Shown here in pieces: positions 12,901 through 27,264 of a stretch of DNA of 64,000 nt. Each line of letters opens with the position of its first letter. Positions within the stretch are counted from its first letter, which is position 1. A program made the position numbers and the translations under genes. The notes under the pieces were generated by a model. The model was not told where the DNA came from and made no database searches. It was given only the letters and a program-made list of their open reading frames with translations. This DNA comes from Tubulanus polymorphus (Eukaryota > Animalia > Nemertea), in NCBI RefSeq assembly GCF_964204645.1, contig NC_134026.1:15348150-15412149 (forward strand). Reading direction: 5' to 3'.

Positions 12901-13860
12901 CCTCTCTTTTGGATGGGTGCTAATTCAGAGAGGGTGGAACTTATTTGATTTTGTGGTGGCTACTGCAAGCGCTGTAGGCTCGAAGCTTCTTTCAGGTATA
13001 TAATAGCCCTAAATCTGTAGGTTGCTCATAGAGTTGTTTAGCACTCTTTTGTGTTTTAGCAAACTGCTCATTCACACATTATTCCTGCTCTTGGTTAGAA
13101 GTATGAGCAGATATTTTTGTTCATGCATGTCAATTACACATGTGAGCAGAAATCAACGTTTTTGCAAGTTGCTCATGCACACATTATTTCTGCTCATGGT
13201 CAGAAGTGTGAGCGAAGATCAACCCTCAATATATAAAGAGTTCTAACTTCATATTGGATAAAATAAAACCAATTGCATATACTGGACATACTAATTACTA
13301 TAGGTACCCGGCATACAAATACCCTATATGATATTTACGAATAATTACAGATAGTGGGTGTATTTTTATAGCTCATAATTACATTACTACGCTGGACATA
13401 CTAATTTTTCAGTTCAATGGTTACCATAGAGTTAATGAATCAATGCCACTAATTTGAACTGATATTTTTGTAATACAATAACTGGAGAAATACCCCTAAT
13501 TGTGACAGCCTAGTAGTTGCATTAGAATATTAATATGATAAACTATACACATATATATATATGTATATATAAGTGATAATTTCACCCATCACCATACTCT
13601 CTTCATTGCGTCAACCGGTCACAGCTCTCGGATTCCATTCTCATTGTTAACAGCGGATTTCAAGGAGTATTTATATATACATATCGCATTATCTTAAAGG
13701 ATTCATTTAATAATATATTAGTATGGATACCGTTACCGAACGAGCTGTTAATCATCTCAAAAGTGCGCTTAAAAACTATACAACTGTGACTAGATTGGAA
13801 GCAGGATGGTTTTTTATTTTTAAAGACAAAATCAAAAACAACCATTCGTGTTCTGTGATA

Positions 13861-16130
13861 GGATCCGATCGAATCCAGGACATAATCCCACTGTCCAAAA
13901 TCCCACATGCCGTATTCCCAGATACAAAATACCATAAACCAATATCCCACATTATTCCGGACAAAATACCACACTCAAGTATTTTAGGAATGTAGATACA
14001 TGATAAACAAGATATGTTATTTGGTTGTTCAAGTATTTTAGGATACTTGATTATGTGTTGAATTCAATATACCCCTGGGCATTTGATCCATTTTAATAAT
14101 AAGTTATATACACTAATTATTGATTGTCTCGGTGTGCTGCTGCTGATTTCTGTTCACCTTTCATTGCAAGAAAATTAGTGATTATGCTTAAGCGATATAG
14201 ATAGAAGCAAAGACAACTTTAATCAACAAGAATCACTTAACAATACATACTTTTTTTATCTAGAAATATTTTATTTCATTTATCACTTTCAAGAGTTGCG
14301 AACATAAAATTTACAGAAAAAGAGAGTCACATAAACTGCAGCACAGATGATTCTTTTACAAAGATAAAAAAGTAGATATATAAATGATAATAATGATCAT
14401 ACAAAGTTATACTAAGTTATTTTCAATAATGACGCAGAATGACTGATACTTTGATATTATATATATCTAATATTATAATAAGTTTACCTTAAAAGCCACA
14501 TATTTTGCCCGATCCCACGAAGAAATTCCCTGATGGTTTTTTGTCCAGTATTATAATCTTCACACAGATTTTTCAAACGGGTGCTGAAGGTCGACATATT
14601 TGCGGCGTACTCGTTCGGTTGGGCGTTGTCCGATATTGTCCTGTGCAATTGCAGCTGAAACCGACGCATTGTCCTGTTGAAAGCTGGCAACAGTTCGCCA
14701 AATTGAGGGATGATGATGCCCAACGATATTAAAAAACTTACAGTTCCACGATTCGCAAATATTGTTTGTACGTGCATCATCATTGATTGTTGCCTGATCC
14801 ACGTTCCACACTGCTGGTTGATACAGAGGCGGCACCCGCCTCAGTCGTACTAATCCATCAGGTTCCTCGAACTCTCTTATAACTGCCTGTAACGTATGTG
14901 GCATTGAAATAGTCCACTAACAGCTCGACAGCTCCATCAGGAATAGTGTCTAGTAAGTAAGCGAGTCCCGCAGGAACAACATCAACCGGGAGAAATGCTA
15001 GACCATCCAGCATTCCAACAAGCAGCTGAAAATTCTCATCTTCTTTGTACAATTGTGTAAGCCCCAACTGTTGTATCTTCCTCTATGTTGACTGCGTCAG
15101 ATGAAAAAACCACCCCTTTATTTCAACTAGCCCATCGAATGCAGTGTTCAAACATTTTGAACTGCCTTTTCAAAGTCTGCCATGACGAACTCAGGATCTG
15201 GAAACAGCTCCCATTTTTCGCACTCTCTTATTATAACCTACAAAATCAAAATAGAAAACAATTTTACAAACTTAATGTTATAAGTACGAAAGCGACCCAG
15301 GAACATTCAGATTATCATATTCTTATATTTACTCCGAGATAATGTATTCTATTTAGCGCCAAAATCTTTAAATCCGAGGTATTAGCTTGTAGTAAATGAA
15401 TTGAAAGAATTTGAAATTTTCTCTGTAAATTGTTTAATTTAGATTAAGATAGATAAACTACCTGTAACATCTGGTATGTGGATTCATCTTTCCTTTCAAG
15501 TAGACAATACGCGGCTGTAATTGCAGTTTCTCCGAGTGGCACCCGGATGACGTAAACCTGTTCAAATAATGGTGGTGCCATCGAAAAGGTTCCGTCCATG
15601 AACCATGCTCTTGCTTCTCCCAATTTCCCAATACCATTTTCTGTTGCAAATATTACTATTCGCCGCCCTGTGGTTCTGTTGTCGTATAGTAAAAATCGTT
15701 CTTCTTGTCCATTGTCAAGGGAGTTAGAAGCCCATTTTCCTTCGATGACTAGTTCCTCGAGACTTTGTGGCTCTTTAGGTAGATTCTTCCTTTTTTCACG
15801 ACGAATTGACCTTTTGCAAACTTCTTCCCTTGCCATTCGAGCCCTGACACCATCATCATCAACTTCTGCCATAACCCTGCTATATATTTGGACCGGATTA
15901 GTTGCGGTCGCATCTGATGCAATTTTCTTCATCGCCAATCTTGTTTTGGTGACTGCTACGGCAGTGGTATCGGCGATATGGTTATGGTCCACTGTTTCCA
16001 TCGGATTTTCCATCTCTAGATCTGTTATGATTGCACCACGACACCCATCAGCTTTGTTTTTCGCACAGTTCCATCTTATTTGCTTTTTTGTAGTATATTT
16101 CTTCACGTACATGTAAACTATGCGAGTCAA
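13861..16130 (-). mobile_element. Mutator-like (MULE) transposon remnant with degraded transposase
   Basis: FLYWCH-like YMY..IRWNC..CRG..HNH. DDE motifs WFMDGTF (exon 15462-16130), ADFEKA and FFHLTQ (exon starting 15237) and RTNNICESWN. Stops and frameshifts present. TIR-like aaaatccca-rich end at ~13861-13980; the other end was not found. Confidence 0.85.
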
Positions 16131-19100
16131 TCATAAACATCATTGAAAATTTTACTTTTTAGAAAAAATATAATCATATTACACAAATTCATATTTAGGA
16201 GGAGATTTGCGTCTAAATACTCAAGTATCTCTACTTGAAGCGATATACCCTGTAGACTTATCCACGTATAAAAAGAAACTTTATGTAAGCTACGCATTGG
16301 TCCAACAATTTTGATCAACCATAAATAAAATGCGTAGGATATTTCATCTTAGTCGTTGAGAATTATAACTATTTATGCTGATGTCACGTGGTTCTACTGT
16401 CTCACAGTGTACATAATATAAGTCATATATGATATATGTCCAAGTTTCACTCCATCTCTTCCATGGTCTAGGTGATTAAATCTTTGTAATCTGGTTAGGT
16501 CTAGGCCTCATCTAGAACCAGGCAGTGCCATGCTACCTATTCATTTCTTCTCATATTTATGGGGTGCTACCAGTGTAATATGTTCTTCTTTCCTCTATGA
16601 TCTACGTTAATAATATGTTGACACAATTCTTCCTCTAGGAGTCCAATCGCACTTCCCAAGTGCAATCACATGCATGGGACATCAGCTTTTGTAGCTTTAA
16701 GACGCGGCTCATCTTTGCTGTCTCCAGGAATTATCATAATAGATCCCACTATGATACATGTAGATGTATATCCCATATCTCCCCCATATAATGCTAGCTT
16801 ATCGCTGTACTGCAGAAGAATGTTCCCTGATGTAACTGGAATTTGCAACCACCAAGATCTCCGTAATTAAAATAAACTAAATTATAGATTGATGACAATT
16901 GTTTATTTATAAAAGAACAATGAATTTCATATAAACTAAGAACAATAGGACAAGTGAAAATGTGAAAATGCATTGTTCAAAAAGAATACATTGTTCGGCT
17001 ACATCTTATTTCATTAACGCCGATAGTAACGTGTACTAGAGGGGTATCTTGCAATTACAAAATGATGCCACAATGAATATGTAAGGCTAAAGTTTCTCCA
17101 TTATATTTTATAAAAAATAACCCAGCCGCTGCGAAGAAACAAGGTATCATTTTTGTTAAGCCTAATCAGGAAAGAATATTTCCAACATAAATCGAATAAT
17201 TCAAAAGCTAGATTTCAAAATACATGTCCTGTTGTGAGTTAGAGTAAGCAGCTCAAATTTTAAAAAATTCAAGCATGTTTTAAAGCATTTTTCATTTAGA
17301 GTTCTGTTCGATTCAGAGTTTAAATTGGTCCATCCTAATGAGTTAACTATCAGTCAAATTTTAACTCAGTCAGAACAGTGAAACTGGCTTTTGTATTGGA
17401 CTTGTATTTTCTTGAATGGTGAAATCTTAAATTTGCTGCAAAAATGAATTATCGAAAGGGTCGTTTCAACTGGAAAAACTTTTTTGAAATTTCTACTGAA
17501 ATTTCTGTTCCTGTTTTTCCCAATTTTTGAGGGTACGTCAATTATACAACTATTTTTCTAAATAACCAGAATGGAAACAATAAGCAAGAGACTAGTTTAG
17601 CTCCCAGACCTTGGATCATTCCTACCGTGGCTTTTTCTCCAGTGGCTACTAAGCGTTCTATAGAATAAGCTTTAGTAAATATCAAAGTAACGCCATAAGA
17701 ATGGGAAGTTATGATTCAATCACGTGAAAATACTAATTATGTGCTATGAATTAAAAATCTAAAAATAAATGAAAATGCATTCTCTAAATCCAAGACAAGA
17801 ATCATTATCATCAGCATGAACAAAATACAAATGAACTTATATCTACTATTTCTGATTTTTAAATTACAACTTCAAAAACAATGGTTTTTTAAGAAACAAG
17901 AGTTTGCACACAGAAATACACAATCATTTCGACCACAATGGAGTGGACTAGTCTGACTAGTTGATGTACGAGTTCCAGAACAACGACTAGATACTAGACT
18001 AGGAGTGTTGTAGTAGGTTCGAGTCCAGACCTCGCGATATTCGGGATCTGATTTTAAACAAGTAAAATCGTTACGATATACTACTTATATTGACCCGCCC
18101 GGCTGGTATTTTCACCATAAAGAGAAGGTTTTAACTCTAGGCCGGCAGCATTTTATTTCTACGATTTTTATTTATCTGACCTGGCCAGGAAATGAGAAAC
18201 AAGGTATCATTTTTTGGCCGTAGTTTCAGTGTTTTGAAAGGTTTAAATAAGTCACGCAATTGAAGATCACAATATCCGTGATGAAACGGATAAGTAAAAT
18301 CTATGAATAAAATATGAGTAAAATCCCACAATAAATGAATCGAATGCTAAAATATGTTTTAAATAAACATTTTAGCATTCAATTCATTTATTGTGGCATT
18401 TTACTCGTCTCATATCAAGTCATCACATTGTTTTTCCAGATTTAATGTTGCTAATCCTCGTTCGGATACTAGCTTCCGTTCTAGCAAGTCTTCTCACTAA
18501 CTCTAGAATCGTTCCATGTGGCACTTTCTTCCCCTCTTCAATGAAGGGATGAATCAGATCTTTGAAGATTGCCTTCTCATCTTCTGACCATCCCTTTCGT
18601 TTTGTTTTTGTTACTATAAAGAGAGAATGAAATTTTGAGTTGGATGTCTATAAACATGACAAACATGACAAGGTGAACTAATTGAAAGGCACACCATAGA
18701 ATTCTGATGATTAATCTCATAAATTATCATAATTTCACTGATGAATATATTGCTACGTGGCATAATCACCTAAAACACTAATTTTTCTAATAATTATACT
18801 ACAATTCTACAATTATAGAACTTGTCATTGGCACAATTCGGCATTTGATTGTCGTTATAAAATATGCCCAGGTACCAACATAATATGGAAATACTGATTT
18901 ATTCTGCTATTTAATGACCCCTAGTGACCATATACAAAAACCAATATAGTGAAACTTACCAAAATCATAGAACATGTCATGTACAATCGAGTAACAATCA
19001 TTACAATCAAGTAATTGTTAGGCCTGAGTGTCATTATGACTTATGCGAATCTAAACTGTTTCTCCATCTGGAGTTTGAAATTGAGCTGACACAAATAAAT

Positions 19101-22100
19101 AGAATTCCTTCAGCTGGAGATATACATATTTACCTAATCCAACTTCTGATGGCTGTTCATTTCGTTTTTTTCTGTGGCAGATGTTTTTCAATAGGAGCAC
19201 CTAAAAGAACAAAGCGGTATTTACTGACTAACCCATGAGGCGCTAGAAGTAATAAGCGAATGGAAAATTCAAGGGAAATTAAATCATTAAAGGGTGTTCA
19301 TGTATTTGCAGTTTCTAATTGCAATTGAGCTGACACAAGTAAATAGAATTCCTTGAACTGGAGATATATGTATTTACCCGATCCAATGTCTGATGGCTGT
19401 TCATTTCGTTTTTTCTGTGGCAAATGCTTTTTAATAGGAGCACCTAAAAGAATGAAGCAGTGATTACTGACTAACCCATGAGGTGTTAGAAGTAATAAGC
19501 CAATGGAACATTCAAGGATAATCAATTCATTAGAGTTTTCATGGATTTGGCGTAAATCCATGTAAATTTCAGAATCCATGTGTTGTCAAAGAGGAAGCCC
19601 TGTATCAGAGCCCTATTTACTATAATCAGGACACCTACTCATCAATGGGGAATCTGTCTCTTCTTCAATCAACACTTGATTGGAACAGGGAAGAAATGTC
19701 AATATTATCTGATGAACTCAAGGCAGTTCCAGTGTTACATGTTAACAAGGAAATGTCCTCCTAAGAAAGTATAGTTGCCAATGTCAGTTTTCAACGATCA
19801 ATAAATCAGAGGTTTGCTAGATACTACAGCTTGTTCAACTACAAATTCAGTTATTTCAGTTGCACATACCTGACCATTCATCATCGAAATTGATAAGAAC
19901 AGGACAATCTGAAAAAGAATGAATGAAAAATCAGTGCTCAATTCTATCAAAAACTAGTCCCTCTTTGTCTAATGAAATCTTAAATTATAAAATCTTTATC
20001 TCATCTAACTCAAGATACATCCACGATATTAGCGAAACAAGAGATCATACAGGCAACACATCTTCAACTGGGCACTGGCCTACCTTGTAGCTGTATTTCA
20101 TCCAGTCCCTTGCCTTGATAATTTTGCATCACTCCATTGTCCATGGCAATGAGCAGACGAGCCACTTTCGTTTTCTCAAGGACAGAACTTGATAGTCGAT
20201 AATGATCCATATGGATATTCAAAGAGTGACCCATATGATCACACACTAATTTCAGTTCTGTAGGAGCCATATCCATTATCTGTTAGCAAACCAAATACAA
20301 AATACTAAAACAAAATCCTAATACCTTTTATCTCCCAACCCACATGGTGCCAAGGACATTATTTTTTTATATTTTTTTGCGAATTAGGAGCAGAGGGCCT
20401 ATTCCCTTATACATTTCTATTGTTACCGAGATTAGGCCTATAGTTTGATACTCAATTACGTTAACATAAATTCATAGCAAATGGCCTGAAGCACACTGCT
20501 CATATATACCTGCGAAGTTGTAGCCAGATACTTTCTCATTTTCTTGGTTCTTATATACTCAGGTTTTTCTAGACCAGGGCAAAGTGATGTAACATTTCGC
20601 ATTGCCTGGCAACCATCTAGGGGTGTCAGAGCATTCTTTGATTGCCTAGAAAAGCACAGAGCACAAGAATCAGTTTACATTCGTAACATCTATTATAGGT
20701 AGCATCTTGTTTCCGTGTAGCCTATACACTAGAGCAATATCCGATAAGAAGTCTTCTTTGAATGTGCGATATCATCTGCACGTATGTATCTTTTCTTGTA
20801 AGGAAAGTGGCCTTACTAAGGCAAATAAAGATACAATAATGCTAGGGCACCTAAAAACACAAAAATACTGTTTTGATGTCAAACACTGCCCGAATGTGGG
20901 TTCAATGCTTGGCAAATCCTTTTTTAACGGTTGGCTCGAACTGAACATGTGAAACTGCATCAGGTTTCAAAAGACATTTTTCATCCAACTATAGATCTAT
21001 AGCGGGAAACTCAAAATGATGGTTCTCAAAAAGATTTTTTCAGTTCCAGAAATTTGCGACTGAATAAGATGGAGTCTAGTGTACACGTAGTTAGGTAATA
21101 ACTTGTAACCATAACCTTACCTTGCAAATAAATATGGGTTCTTGGAAACAGATGTAGACTGTGTAACCAAAAACTCCATTGCTTCAACAAGGAACGGGGT
21201 TAAAAGAACAAAAACTTTCCTTAACCCCCGGGTACTCTTACCCCGTACCTCCAGCACCGTCATCCTTTAAATAAACAAAAATTACATTATCAATGTAACA
21301 CCTGCCATTTCTTAATTGGCTCCATAAAAGAATCAAATTTACACTAAGTCCAATAAGATATAAGTTATGAGGATCAAGTTATGGTACATACACCTTGTTC
21401 ATTATGCTTTTTTAAAATAGTTACAAGTCATTTTCCCTTGAAACGTTTTTCAGAATGGCAAGTGAGGCTATTCTAAAACAGTTTCTCAAAAAACCTCATT
21501 TAAAATATCTTACCTTTTAGCTTTTTCGGTAATGTCGAGGGATTCAACGATTTCTTCACAGTCTTGAACCGCCATGACTTTCGCGAAATCAGATGTCTTA
21601 ATTTCCTCAATTTCTGCAACTCTTCTCTTATTAGAGATTAAAATTCGAACCATTAAATGCTCAGCTAATGAGCGCCACTCAGCAGAATTGAGTTGATCTT
21701 TACGCGTCAGTGCAGAAATCTCCTTTTCTGACCAAACCTTTAGCTTAATAAGGTCAGACGTTAGTGGTATTTTGTCTACACCGTTTATTTTCAACAACTT
21801 TTGACGTCTGCTCAATATACAAGAGAGTCGGTTATTCCAATGGGCTTCATATAAAATCTTGAATCTAGAAGCTTCTTCTTCGATCTCACGCTCGTTTGCA
21901 ATGATGCCATTACTCTGTTTTAAGCAAACACATTGCTTGATGTAATGACCCTAAGAAAGGCCCAACTGTGGTGAAATACACCCTAAAGCTTTCACTGCCT
22001 TAACAACATTCCAGAAATTGCAAGGTTTTAAAATGCTGTTAAGGTCATGTTGTGTTCTGCCACAGACTGAATTAAACTGTTGAACAAAGCGAACTAGTGA

Positions 22101-24493
22101 CCGTATTTTTGTACGCACATTATCTTGATCTTTCCGTCTCTGTTCTTCCTTTGTTCCTAATCTACCTAGCTGTAACTTAGCGAAATCTCGGATCAAGCTT
22201 TCCTTTTTGCAAATGTCTACAAGACCAGGATTTGATTTTGTTTCACGCAGACCAATTAGGAGGGTTTCTAATTTTATATCATCTTCTTCATCAACAGAAA
22301 TACAGGGTAGCAATAAACATCTGCCATTCCTCAAATAATTGATTTCCGGCTGTTCATTGCATGGTTTGAAAGGGCATGACGATTTGATATGAACCCATAA
22401 GCTTTCCTTGTAATATAATCCGTAACAGAATTCGCATGGCACAAAGTCCCAAGGACGTTTCTCCAATGCTGATGATGGAATCAACCGCCTCGCCAGTACC
22501 AGTTCTCCTCGACCTTCCTTAATGACCTTAAACACAAGCAAGACAGTGCATGAAACTAGAGGATTAGATAAACCATGCAAACTATGAAAATTTAGAATAC
22601 ATGTAGTACTATTGACAAAAGGTTTGTGAGCACAGATTCAGTGGCAGAGTTAGGTATAATCGATATAAAGAAAGTCCCATTAAAAATAACAAGAACTATG
22701 AAAATGAAATATGTAAAAAAATGTTTCGGAAAAGCACAGATCATTCACAAAATTGGGAGTCCAGTTTCAGCGTGTGTATAATTGCTAGGTATATCCAGAT
22801 TTGCTCTAGAATAAATGGTAACCAGAAAACTTACTAAGACAATGGAACCAGGACATCCCAGCCTGCAGGATAGATTAATTTCAGCAAAATAGCAGCTAAA
22901 ATCAGGCAACTGAAACCTGATACCCCAAGTTGTGGGATATACATAAATCATATCCAGAAAATAAGGTAAAACTTAATACACAACTGACAGGGAGTTGAGC
23001 TATGAACTTCTGAAAACTAATACTGGACACCCAAGTTTGGGCATATAATATTATACCCATAAACAAGAGCCCCAAGGGGCACTATGGCCAGCTTGTCAGC
23101 TTTCATTAAATGGCAAATGATGCATTCTGTGGGTTATATTTGTCTAAACACACTCCCAGCTAAGATTCAATACTTGTAATTTACACAATACAATCGTGTT
23201 TTCATAAATAGCACAGACAGCGACTGGAGCTGGCAGGAACAAATACCTCAGATAATTCTTTTTCCCTTTGTCTTATTGATTTGAATGCAGAATGAGATTG
23301 AGCTTTCAGAAATATGCTCAATAAAATGAAATTGAATTGGTTTTGATATTTTTTAAGAATAGAATTTGATTGAATTTGCAGTTTGAGCACATGGCTAATT
23401 AGCATATCAATGTCATCAGTCCGATTTGAGAAAAAGCTATTTTCCAGCACTTTGCATAATTTTCAATGATATTTTCTGTAGTGCAAATAAAACTATTCCT
23501 CCCAAAAAACCAAATCAACTAAGGATTTCACAGAAATCGATCTTGAAATACAATTCTAAATCTTAAAATAAAACCCAGAAGTAAAACAGTAGATACCGCG
23601 GGTTCATGTGAACACCTGCTGATCTCTGCGGCTAAGGCAATCATAGAAGAGTCAACAGATATTTTTGCGTTCACATTTTCACGAAAAAGCTCATATAAAT
23701 TTTAACGAGGCCCTCCTTCAAAATTCAGCTACGTAGAGTTTGAAGAATGGATAATGCTTTAATGAATGATTTGTATGAATATATGCTTAGTTGCACAGTC
23801 AAAAACCCAGTTTAAAATATAAGAAATCATGATACCAAGAAATACATACCTTGGAGTTATGCTCGAAATTCCCCTTATTCTGGAGCAATAACAGACCGTT
23901 CTTTCGTTCCTTTGAGTTGACAGGCATCAGTAAAATTTTTTTTACATCATCTTCCAGACAGTGCACAGAAGTGTAATGGTAAGCAATCTTGGAAGTGAAG
24001 CATTTCCCACAATAAAAACAATAATCCACCTTTCTATAGTCTCTGCTTCCATCACGTTTTGGACGATATACAGGCAAGGTAACTAAAATTGAAATAATGT
24101 ATAACAAAATGACTCCCCTAGTGATGTAAGAAATCCTCGTGTGATTAATGACAAAATGAAACACATTCAATGTCAATGACTACTACATGTTTTGTGAATT
24201 TATGACACACATTATTTCTTTCTTGATAAATCGTGAAAAATGAAGGAATAGATTTTGAAAATTGAGATATGAAAACCTGGTAAATGATAGCTATTGAATT
24301 AGGAGGATAATTGATCATTAATACAGTTGCAGATATTTTGGCATAGAGACACTTAGTGTTATAAGGGTTTTATTATTACCTTAAAAGTCTTTAAGGAAAA
24401 TAATGAGAATGGCAGGAAAGTATGAGATAAATCTTCTGTTACAATGGAACTTGAATGCAAAATAAAATATTTGGTTATCTGTAAACGATGTAC

Positions 24494-27096
24494 CTTGGGC
24501 CATCTTAGCTTTAACACGATCGGTAACATCATCAGGATCGATATCACCGTTGTCTTCAGCAATTTCTTCTCTGTTGGCATCATATTCATGAACATGCTTC
24601 TCAGAGTCATTGTCCGAGTCATTATCATGCTCATCACTGTTTGAAGATTCGTCTGGATAATAATCCTGATCATCAGCATGACCAAGCAAATCGTCTATAT
24701 CATCATCTCTGTCATCATCATCAGTACCATCACTAAGTCTCATAGTATCTGAGATAAACGAAAGTATTAACAATTATCCTCTTCACTTTCAACTACCACG
24801 TAATAGAAGATTGGCTAATTGAATGGTAAAGCTAATAATGCAAGGCGATTAAAACATTCGTGCCCCGAAACTTGGCTTCGATTTTTACATATTCTAACTT
24901 AGGTCTATATGAAAATTTTAATCACTTCTTGTGTAAAGCACACATTTCAGTGAATTCATTTTACACATGCTGAAACAGGTTTTTTTGCTGACAGGCAGAA
25001 AACTGTAATAACAGATAAAATGCAAGTGATGCAAGAGATCCTTGTGTGATAAAGAACATTCATTTGGAAAAACAAAAACATACCATGTCAATGGCTTGAC
25101 AGGTACATTTTATCAGGAATTTATGATCAATCAAGTGAACAAATAATTTCCAACTTTTTACTCCTTCTTCATCACCACCATTTTAATTAATTTCCTTTCA
25201 AGAAAGATTAACATTTCAAAATCAACACATGAACTTACGGGATATAGTCAAACATCAATACGGTTGCAGATGTCTTGTACATAAGCATTTTCAAGAACAA
25301 TGATGAAAATGGCAGGAAAGACAAATCTACACTAGTTTGTAGCAACTTGAATGTAAAGGACCCAAAATGCATAACATTACCTAAAGCCATGTTAGCTTTA
25401 ACTTGATCTTTAACATATTCATCAGCATCGTTAATGTAGCCATTGCCATCTGCAATTTCTTTACTGTTGGCATCAAACTCATCGTCACTGTTGGCGGATT
25501 CATTATGTACAGCAACACCAGGAATTTCTTCATCCATATTGTCGTCGTCGGCATCATCATCTTCATTAAGTGCAGCAGTGTCACATCTATGCATCACCTC
25601 GAGTTTCTTACGCAGAAATCCAACAAGTTTCATCGTTTCCAAGTTAGACGATTCTGAAAGTATTTACAATAATTCTAATGACTTTCAACTACAGTGTTAC
25701 ATAAGATTGGCTAATTGTATGGTTATACAAGGCAAATGATAGTCTTTACATAATGGACATGATATGCACATCGAAAGTCACTGTGCACTTCTTGGCAAAA
25801 AATTTGGTAATGATAACTTCAACTATAATCGAGCTACAGACATTTTGCTATGCACCTAGCAGAAGGAATGTGAACTAATGTAATAGGTAATTGAATGGTG
25901 ATTAACTAAAAAATGTCTTCTTTCTGTAAACTAAATGTTAGATTAGGATCTTGAGAATTAATGTGCGGAAGAATAATTTAAATTTTTGAACTCTTGACCT
26001 TATGGCTGCAAGTCACTCAACCAACCATAAGACCATTCAGACAAGGTCAAGGTCTGCGTAGACCAGAGTACCAAAACGGATACCACTACCACTACCACTA
26101 CCAAAATGCCTAATTAGTTTCCTAGGTAAGGGACAACTAGCAAATGGTAGCTGGATGTAAAGGGCCCCAAAATGCGCGATAAAAGATCTTTGGTTAATTT
26201 AAGATGATTTACCTTGAGCCAGCTTAGCTGCCACTTCATCTTCAACATTTCTATTAGCATTACTAATGTCACCTTCGTCATCTGTAATTTCTTTACTGTT
26301 GGCATCAAACTCATCGTCACCGTTAGCAGATTCATTATCTACAGCAACACCAGGAATTTCTTCATCCATATTATCATCGTTATCACGTTCTGCAGAACCA
26401 AGCCTAGCCTTTATTTCATCCGAGTAAGGGTATTCTGAAAATATTTACAATTAATCAGTCAATGTTTCCTTAAAAGTACAGGGGCCAGTTGGTCAAACAT
26501 TCGTTGAAGATAACTGGCGGATAAATACCATACTAACAATGAACATTTGATTGTCACTACGTCAATTATTTACTGGTTAATACAATGAGATGATGTGCTA
26601 CAAAATGTCGAATGGGCAGAATGGCTAATTAGTCTCCTAGGGATGTAAGAGAAAACAAGGTTAGGAAAACCTGGTTAATGCCTATTATGGAATTTGGCGG
26701 ATAATCGAATATTAATACAATTCCAGATATATGTTCTTCAGTAATTTTAAGAACAAAGTAAAAAAATTGCTGGAAAGCACAACCCATATCGACTGTTTTG
26801 ATGCAACTTGGGTGTAAAGGACCCAAAATGCGCGATAAAAGATCTTTGGTTAACTTAAGAGGATTTACCTTGAGCCATGTTAGCTGTCACTTTATCTTCA
26901 ACATTTTTATTAGCATTACTAATGTCACCGTCGTCATCTGTAATTTCTTTACTGTTGGCATCAAACTCATGGTTACCGTTGGTGGATTCATTATGTAGGC
27001 CTACAGCAACACCAGGAATTTCTTCATCCATATAATCAACTCCATCATGTTCTGCAGAACCCAGCCTCGGCTTCATTTTATCCGATTTAGGAGATT
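24494..27096 (-). repeat. Four tandemly duplicated acidic exons with duplicated intron flanks
   Basis: Units share DANSKEI.D..G.I...V.A.MAQG and similar intronic flanks. Exon lengths 228, 222, 273 and 255 nt, all phase 1-1. Confidence 0.85.
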
Positions 27097-27143
27097 CTGA
27101 AAATATTTACAATTAATCAGTCAATGTTTCCCAAAATGTACAG

Positions 27144-27264
27144 GGGCCAGTTGTGCAAATGTTGGTTAAAGATAAATGGTGGATAAATACACAATAACCA
27201 ATCAATTTACCCTATGTAAACTAACCACTGGTTAGACTCTAACCAATGTTTGAGCAACTGACCC
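27144..27264. mobile_element. PIF/Harbinger-type MITE with CAG TSD
   Basis: TIRs gggccagttg.gcaaa..ttggtta.ag / ct.taaccaatgtttgagcaactgaccc. TSD cag at 27141-27143 and 27265-27267. Truncated duplicate at ~26482-26530. Confidence 0.65.

Noticed and set aside
12520-13003. ORFs 12520-12729 and 12611-13003 (and 4698-4955) as genes
   Set aside because: Fragments of a dispersed repeat with no recognisable domain or splice support.
15598-16116. 172-aa + strand ORF
   Set aside because: Antisense shadow of the MULE transposase exon.
20064-22580. Prophage or bacterial integrase contamination
   Set aside because: The YR motifs are split across spliceosomal introns and no phage genes are present.
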